Shown in pieces: positions 35,501 through 44,500 of a DNA stretch of 64,000 nucleotides. The position numbers were made by a program, and so were the translations under genes. The first letter of the stretch is position 1. The number at the start of each line of letters is the position of its first letter. The DNA comes from Heterodontus francisci (taxonomy: Eukaryota): the NCBI RefSeq assembly GCF_036365525.1, contig NW_027142041.1:1116001-1180000 (forward strand). The letters run 5' to 3'. The notes under the pieces are model-generated. The model ran no database searches. It worked only from the letters and a program-made list of their open reading frames with translations, and was not told where the DNA came from.

Positions 35501-38500
35501 CATGGGCTCGTACCTTCTTAACCAATCTGAATAGCCTTTGAGAGAGCAGGCAGTGAGCTCTCATCACAGAGTATCCAGTCTCTGACCTGGTCTCCTAGCC
35601 ATGCTGTTGATGTGGCTGGTCCAGTGAATCATCTGGCTGTGGTGAAACCCCATTAAGCTGTTATGGTGGAAAACTTACTGATGGTGATTCCATTGATGGT
35701 CATGGAGAGAGGCCTCCATTTTCTCTTATTTGTGATTGTTATTACCTGGCACATGCTATCTAGGTCCTGCTGTAAGCTGGAATGTGTTGCTTCATTATGA
35801 GAGAAGCTGAACACTGCAGAATTGTTAGGGAGCAGCCTTACTCCTGACCTGATGATGGAGGGAAGGTCATTGAAAAAGCAGCTGAAGATGACTGGGCAGA
35901 GGACCCATCCCTGAGGAATTCCTACAGCAATGTGCTGAGGTGATTGGCCTCCAGCTACCAGAACCATCTTCCTCTGAGTCAGTATGAGTCCAGCCACTGA
36001 TGGTTTTTTCCCTCGATCCCCCTGACCTCAATTTGCTTGAACTGCTGGTGCCACACTGTCACACAACTCCTCAGGAAGAAGGATAAGACACTCCTACAAC
36101 CTGGAATAAAATTTGGGAATATTTCCCAACTTGTCTATTGCTCACTTACAGGAAACAGAATGAAGTTGTGCTGTTAGAGGCATGGTGTGGTGAGAGGGTA
36201 CAGACCATTGAAAGTTCCATCTATCAGGGTGTGTTGGGCTGTAGGTTATAAAGGTGCTCGGACTCTTGCTCTCTCTCTACCTCTGCCTCTATATGTGGGG
36301 GATTTGTATTCTTTTTGTACAGTACAGGAAAGACAAGCAAAAAGGAAAAGGAAGTGGTGTTGCACTGATAATGAGGGATGGGATCAGTACATTAATAAGG
36401 GAGGATCTCAGATTGGAAGAACAAAATGTGGAATCTGTTTGGGTGGAGCTAAGAAACAGCAAGGGCAGCAAACATTGATAGGAGTTGTTTATAGGCCACC
36501 AAACAGTAGTGGTAGTGTGGCACATGGTATTAATCAGGAGATTAGAGAAGTATGTGGCATGGGTAATACACTAATCATGGGTGACTTCAATCTGCATATA
36601 GACTGGATAAACCTAACGAGTACTAATGCTGTGGAGGATGAGTTTCTGGAGTGTATTAGGGATGGTTTTCTAGAGCAGTATCATGAGGAATCGACTAGAG
36701 AGCAGACTATTTTAAATCTAGTATCGAGTCATGAGAAAGGGCTAATTAATACTTGTTGTAAAATAACCTTTAAGAATGAGTGACCATAATATGACAGAAC
36801 TTTTGTTATGTATGAAAGTGAGGTAATTCAATCTGAAGCCAGGGTGTTAAATTTGAACAAAGGAAATTATGAAGATATGAGGAGCAAATTGGCTGAGGTG
36901 AATTGGGAAAATACATTGACAGGTATGACAGTACATGGGTAATGGATAGTCTTTAAAGAATTATTACATAGTTTACAGCAACTATACATTCCTTCAAGGC
37001 ACAAAAAACCCAAATGTAAAGGCAGTCAACCATGGCTAACAAAGGAAATTAAGGATTGTATAAAATTAAAAGAAAAGGCCTATAAAGTTGCCAGAAATAG
37101 TAGGATTTTAGGGGATTGGGAGGATTTCAGAATACAGCAAAGGAGGATGAAGAAACTGATAAAGAAAGAGAGAATAGAATATGAATGTAAGCCAGCAAAA
37201 AACATAAAAACGGACTGTAAAAGCTTCTTTAGGTATGTAAAAAGGAAATGTTTGGCTAAGATAAATGTGGGCCCATTACAGGCAGGACCAGGAGAATTTA
37301 TAATGGGGAATAGAGAAATGGAAGAGAAGCTAAATGATTACTTCACTGAGGAAGATACAAAAAATCTCCCAGAATTAGAGGTCCAAGGGAATAGAAAGAA
37401 TGAGGAATTGAAGGAAATTAGCATCAGTAAGATGGTTGTATTGGAGAAATTAATGGGGCTTAAGGTTGATAAGTCCCCGAGACCTGATACTCCACATCCT
37501 AGAGTGTTGAAAGAGGTAGCTATGGAGATAGTGGATGCATTGGTATGTTACGACCAGGTGAGAAAGGTGTCTAGGATTCCCTTTCAGCCTTTACCTGGTC
37601 TTATCATCACAGGGTTTAATTTTAAACACACTGTGTTTTTAGCTCCCCCTTGGTGAATCCTTGTTCACCTCTTTCCAATTATAAGGCAAAGAAATCAACA
37701 CAAACAGGCTTTCTTAGAGTTAAAGAAGAAAAGTTGAAACTTATTAAAGTTAAACTCTAATTTGGGTGACACCAACAGATACACAATGCGCCCACGCTAG
37801 CATGGATGCGTGATACACACATGCAAATAGAGACAGAGAAGAGCAGAAGAAATAAAGTGGAAAAAGTTTGAAGCAATATCTGAAGAGCTTTTGTTACAGT
37901 TCTTCGAGCTCACTGCAGAGTCCTTGATTGTAGGTAGATCTTGATTTTCGTTGGGGCCCAGTATTCTTCTTAAACTTTGTTCAGTGTAGGAGATTTTTCT
38001 CTTTTGGGGTTCATGTGTCTTCAGTGAATTCAGAGGCTTGTGAGAAAGAGATGGGAGCAGACAGGAGAGATCTTCTCAGTCCAGGAGCAAACAATCTGAG
38101 TTCAAACGCTCTGTGGCTATTTCAAAAGACTCCTGGAACAGCCAGTTAGGGTGTGACCAGCTGGTCCAACCAGTCCTGGCCCCTGTGGATTGCATCACCC
38201 CAGCAGGTCCTGGAATGCACTTCCCCACCCCCTCACTGTCCCATGAACAACATCCATTGTAGGTTGAATGTGTCATGGAATGATCCTTTGCCTACACAAG
38301 CACTGTCTGTTAATATGCAAATGCTTTTTTCCAGCCACGGCTGATCTGTTTAACAAGTCATTTCCTCACTCCAGCAACAGTTAAAAATCAATGTTCATGA
38401 CAAAACCAATGTGCCTCATTCTTGGCAGGTGGGGGCCTGCATAACAGTCATCATCTTCCAAAATTCTATAGATTCTGGAGCAGTTCCTGCAGATTGGAAG

Positions 38501-41500
38501 GTAGCAAATGTCCCCCCACTATTTAAGAAGGGACGGCGAGAGAAAACAGAGAATTACATCAGTCGTTGGGAAAATGCTAGAATCTATTCTAAAGGATGTG
38601 ATAAATGGACACTTGGATAATAATGATCTGATTGGGCATAGTCAACATGGATTTATGAATGGGAAATCATGTTTGATGAACCTATTGGAGTTTTTTGAGG
38701 ATGTTACTAACAGAATTGATAAAGGGGAGTCGGTGGATGTAGTATATGTGGATTTTCAGAAGGCTTTTGATAAAGTCCCCCACAGGAGGTTGGTTAGCAA
38801 AGTTAAAGCACATGGGATAGGAGGTAATATACTGGCATGGATTCTTTTGGGCCTCCTTATCTCGAGAGACAATGGATACGCGCCTGGAGGTGGTCAGTGG
38901 TTTGTGAAGCAGCGCCTGGAGTGGCTATAAAGGCCAATTCTGGAGTGACAGGCTCTTCCACAGGTGCTGCAGAGAAATTTGTTTGTTGGGGCTGTTGCAC
39001 AGTTGGCTCTCCCCTTGCGCCTCTGTCTTTTTTCCTGCCAACTACTAAGTCTCTTCGACTCACCACAATTTAGCCCTGTCTTTATGGCTGCCCGCCAGCT
39101 CTGGCGAATGCTGGCAACTGACTCCCACGACTTGTGATCAATGTCACACGATTTCATGTCACGTTTGCAGACGTCTTTATAACGGAGACATGGACGGCCG
39201 GTGGGTCTGATACCAGTGGCGAGCTCGCTGTACAATGTGTCTTTGGGGATCCTGCCATCTTCCATGCGGCTCACATGGCCAAGCCATCTCAAGCGACTCA
39301 GTAGTGTGTATAAGCTGGGGGTGTTGGCCGCTTCAAGGACTTCTGTGTTGGAGATATAGTCCTGCCACCTGATGCCAAGTATTCTCCGAAGGCAGCGAAG
39401 ATGGAATGAATTGAGACGTCGCTCTTGGCTGGCATACGTTGTCCAGGCCTCGCTGCCGTAGAGCAAGGTACTGAGGACACAGGCCTGATACACTCGGACT
39501 TTTGTGTTCCGTGTCAGTGCGCCATTTTCCCACACTCTCTTGGCCAGTCTGGACATAGCAGTGGAAGCCTTACCCATGCGCTTGTTGATTTCTGCATCTA
39601 GAGACAGGTTACTGGTGATAGTTGAGCCTAGGTAGGTGAACTCTTGAACCACTTCCAGAGCGTGGTCGCCAATATTGATGGATGGAGCATTTCTGACATC
39701 CTGCCCCATGATGTTCGTTTTCTTGAGGCTGATGGTTAGGCCAAATTCATTGCAGGCAGACGCAAACCTGTCGATGAGACTCTGCAGGCATTCTTCAGTG
39801 TGAGATGTTAAAGCAGCATCGTCAGCAAAGAGGAGTTCTCTGATGAGGACTTTCCGTACTTTGGACTTCGCTCTTAGACGGGCAAGGTTGAACAACCTGC
39901 CCCCTGATCTTGTGTGGAGGAAAATTCCTTCTTTAGAGGATTTGAACGCATGTGAAAGCAGCAGGGAGAAGAAAATCCCAAAAAGTGTGGGTGCGAGAAC
40001 ACAGCCCTGTTTCACACCACTCAGGATAGGAAAGGGCTCTGATGAGGAGCCACCATGTTGAATTGTGCCTTTCATATTGTCATGGAATGAGGTGATGATA
40101 CTTAGTAGCTTTGGTGGACATCCGATCTTTTCTAGTAGTCTGAAGAGACCACGTCTGCTGACGAGGTCAAAGGCTTTGGTGAGATCAATGAGAGCAATGT
40201 AGAGGGGCATCTGTTGTTCACGGCATTTCTCCTGTATCTGACGAAGGGAGAACAGCATGTCAATAGTCGATCTCTCTGCACGAAAGCCACACTGTGCCTC
40301 AGGGTAGACGCGCTCGGCCAGCTTCTGGAGCATGTTCAGAGCGACTCGAGCAAAGACTTTCCCCACTATGCTGAGCAGGGAGATTCCACGGTAGTTGTTG
40401 CAGTCACCGCGGTCACCTTTGTTTTTATAGAGGGTGATGATGTTGGCATCGCGCATGTCCTGGGGTACTGCTCCCTCGTCCCAGCACAGGCATAGCAGTT
40501 CATGTAGTGCTGAGAGTATAGCAGGCTTGGCACTCTTGATTATTTCAGGGGTAATGCTGTCCTTCCCAGGGGCTTTTCCGCTGGCTAGGGAATCAATGGC
40601 ATCACTGAGTTCCGATTTGGTTGGCTGTATGTCCAGCTCATCCATGACTGGTAGAGGCTGGGCTGCATTGAGGGCAGTCTCAGTGACAGCATTCTCCCTG
40701 GAGTACAGTTCTAGGTAGTGCTCAACCCAGCGGTCCATCTGTTTGCGTTGGTCAGTGATTATGTCCCCCGATTTAGATTTGAGGGGGGTGATCTTCTTGA
40801 TGGTTGGCCCAAGAGCTCTCTTCATGCCATCATACATTCCTCTGATGTTTCCGGTGTCTGAGGCCAGCTGAATATGACTGCATAGGTGTTGCCAGTAGTC
40901 GTTTGCGCAACGCCTAGCTGTTCTTTGTGCAGTACTTCTGGCTGCTTTAAGTGCTGCGGATGTTAAATCGCTGGGGGCTTTCTTGTAGTTCAAAAGTGCA
41001 ATGCGCTTAGCGGCTATGACAGGTTCCAGCTCTTCATTATGAGATTGAAACCAGTCTGCATTTCTCTTCGCACTTTTGCCGTAGGTGGTCAAAGCTGACT
41101 CATAGATGGCGTCTCTGATGTGGGCCCACTTGGTCTCAGCATCCCCTGTGGGAGTGTTTTGAAGGGCTGTTACAAGTGAATTTAGAAATTTTTGTAACAG
41201 CTGTGGGTGAGAAATTCTGCTCGTGTTGATGCGCGGGTGGCCCTTCTGCTTGGAATGATGCAACTTCTTTGGTCTGAGTCTAACCTTGCTGCACACCAGG
41301 GAGTGGTCGGTGTCGCAGTCCGCACTGTGGAAGCTGCGTGTGATTTGAACACTGTTTAAGGCGGCTCGCCTTGTGACAATGAGGTCTAGCTGGTGCCAAC
41401 GACGTGATCTTGGGTGCCTCCATGAAACCTGGTGACAGGGTTTAGTGTGAAAGAACGAGTTGGTGATGCAGAGGTTATGATAGGTACACAACTCAAGCAG

Positions 41501-44500
41501 TCTCTGCCCGTTCTCATTCATCCTTCCAACGCCATAGCGCCCAAGGCAGGAGGGCCATGAGTCATGGTCGGCCCCAACCCTGGCATTAAAGTCCCCCAGC
41601 AGGAATAGGTGTTCGGTGTTGGGGATGCTGCTAATGATGTTATGGAGTTGTTCATAGAACTGGTCTTTAGCTTCAGGTGCGGAGCAGAGTGTTGGAGCAT
41701 AGATGCTGAGTAGGTGTACTGGACCAGAGGTGGTGAGCAGTCGGATGGACAGTATGCGTTCCGAGCCATTTGAGGGAGGCTCTATCATGCTGAGCAAGGA
41801 GTTTCTGATGGCGAAGCCCACTCCATGCTGTCTTGGTTCTTCAGGATCCCTGCCCTGCCAGAAGAAGGTGTAGTCTTGCTCTGCTAGAGAGCCACTCGCG
41901 GGGAGGCGAGTCTCCTGAAGTGCTGCAATGTCCACATTGAATCTACTGAGCTCGTTGTTAATGATGGCGGTCTTCCGAGAATCGTTGATTTGTGTAAGGT
42001 CTTCCGACAGGCCAGGACACATAGTTCTGACGTTCCAGCTTGCAAAGCGAAGGGCTGGTACCTTCTTTCCTTTTTTCATGTTGTTTGGTGCGGTGTATCA
42101 GTCCACCTTTCGGGCAATGACCCTGAGCTCCAAGCACCCATTGAAGCAGGCAGACTGTGGCGGGACAGAACCTTATTGACCGGGGGCTGCCCGGTTTGAG
42201 GCGGGCGGTAGCTGTCCAGTGAGGTGCAATGACCTCTCCCACCGACAAAGGCAACCCGTGGCGCCCAGTTTCTACGCCAATTTATCTGGACTTATAACCC
42301 GTAACTGCTGCCTTCCGTGTTGTTTTAGTCGCTGTGAGGCAACTATGGAGTGACCTCTCCACGGCGCATGCCTGGGCAAATTTATGGAGGTTGAGAGTTG
42401 CCCAGTCGTCAAAACCCCCCTCTCGGCCTTTCTGGTGGGGTCCAAAGGAGTGCAGGACACGACGTTTGGCACCAGTATGGCTGCAGGAACTGCCGGAAAC
42501 ATGCCAAAGGTGACACATGACCGCCTACGGGGTTCCGCTCCGGATTTTCTGTTAGGGTTTACTCCCTTAGCCTTGGTCTCTCCCGAGACGCCCACAAGGC
42601 AGTGGGGTTGTTGGGGCCCCTACACAGGTGTAGGATGGTGCCGGTGGGAGGAGGGGATGCAAGGGGGAGGGGTAGAGGGAGGGGGTGGGGGGGGGGGGTG
42701 CAGGGGAAGGGGGTGCGGGGTGAAGATGGTGCGAGGGGGGGGCGGGCTGGGACGGGGTTGTGAGGGGGTGAGCTGAGAGGGTGGAGCAGGGAAGGGGACG
42801 GGGGTGGGGGGGGGGTGGAAGGGGGGTAAAGGGGGGGGGGAGGGGGGGTAGAATCTGGTGCAGGTAATAAGCCATTTCCTCAGTGCCCACCATCGACGTC
42901 CGGAAAGCTCATCCACGTCCTTCGGGAGGTGAAGCATCATTTGGCAGACTTAGAGGTGATTACATTTGCTAAGGGTTTTTTTTTTGCAGTGGTTTAAATA
43001 AAGGCATGCAGCATTGCCGACAGTGCGCTGCAGATGCTCTCAGAGCCATCTCCCGCGGGCGCTTTGAAGTTGCGGCCGGGGGGGCCGTTCGTGGATGTTT
43101 TGGGTGTTCGGGGCACCTTTTCACAGGACTTCTCTCGGGTCCCGCAGCTCCTTCTTCACCTCAATGGATTACGGATTGGTTAACAGGCAGAAAGCAGAGA
43201 GTAAGAATAAACTGGTCATTCTCGCGTTGGCAGACTGTGACTAGTGGGGTACCGCAGGGATCAGTGCTTGGGCCCGAGCTGTTCACAATATATATCAATG
43301 ATTTGGATGTGGGGACCAAATGTAGTATTTCCAAGTTCGCAGATGACAAACTAGGTGGGAATGTGTGCTGTGAGGAAGATGCAAAGCGGCTTCAAGGGGA
43401 TTTGTACAGACTTAGTGAGTGGGCAAGAACGTGGCAGATGGAATATAATGTGGGAAAATATGAGGTTATCCACATTGCTAGGAAGAATAGATGTGCAGAG
43501 TATTTCTTAAATGGTGAGATTAGAAAGTGTAGATGCACAAAGGGACTTGGGTGTCCTCGTCAATAAATCACTGAAAGTTAGCCTGCAGGTGCAGCAAGCA
43601 ATTAGGAAGGCTAATGTTAGGTTAGCCTTTATTGCAAGAGGATTTGAGTACAGGAGTAGTGAAGTCTTGCTTCAATTGTATAGAACCTTGGTTAGACCGC
43701 ACCTGGAGTACCGTGTGCAGTTTTGGTCTCCTTACCTTAGGAAGGATATTATTGCCATAGAGGGAGTGCCATGAAGATTCACCAGACTTGTTTCCGGGAT
43801 GGTGGGACTGTCCTATGAAGAGAGATTGTGGAAACTGGGCCTGTATTCTCTAGATTTTCGAAGAATGAGAGGTGATCTCATTGAAACCTACAAAATACTT
43901 CAATGGATAGACAGGGTAGATGCAGCTAAGATGTTTCCCCTGGTTGGGGAGTCTCGAACCAGGGGACACAATTTCAAAATAAGGGGGAAGCCACTTAGGA
44001 CAGAGATGAGGAAATATTTCTTCACTCAGAGCTTTGTGAATCTTTGGAATTCTCTACCCCAGAGGGCTGTGGAAGCTCAGTCATTGAGTATGTTTAAAGT
44101 AGAGATTGACAGATTTCTAAATATCAATGATATAAAGGGATTTGATGATAGTGTGGGAAAAGGCATTGAAGTGGATGATCAGCCATGATCATATTGAATG
44201 GTGGGGCAGACTCGATGGGCTGAATGGCCTACTCCTGCTCCGATGTCTATGTTCCTATGTTCCTATGCTCTGTGATGAATTAATCTTAGGTATATCTGAT
44301 GTAACATTGTTTAGAGTCACAGATGAAGACACTGGCAACGTGTATGCAACAGTAAATGGTAAGCAAACTAACTCAATACTTACTGTAGGAGGAATAGTCT
44401 GAACTCCAGTGACCTGTTAGTGATTGCAAGCTTCATGTACTGTTAATTTAACATGTACTCAGTTCCATCATGTAGACAAATGCAGGAAAGTTTCACAATG

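Larger units (their letters stand above)
36300..44265 (+). mobile_element. Long CR1 ORF2 copy (EN to 3' tail) interrupted by a solo LTR and a full-length RTE
   Basis: EN motifs (VVYRPP, MGDFN) at about 36480-36600. EIVDAL|VIIFQNS is split by 37546-38446 and GNILAWI|[11 protein letters not shown] by 38844-43163. (ctatgttc)n tail at about 44245-44265. Confidence 0.88.
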
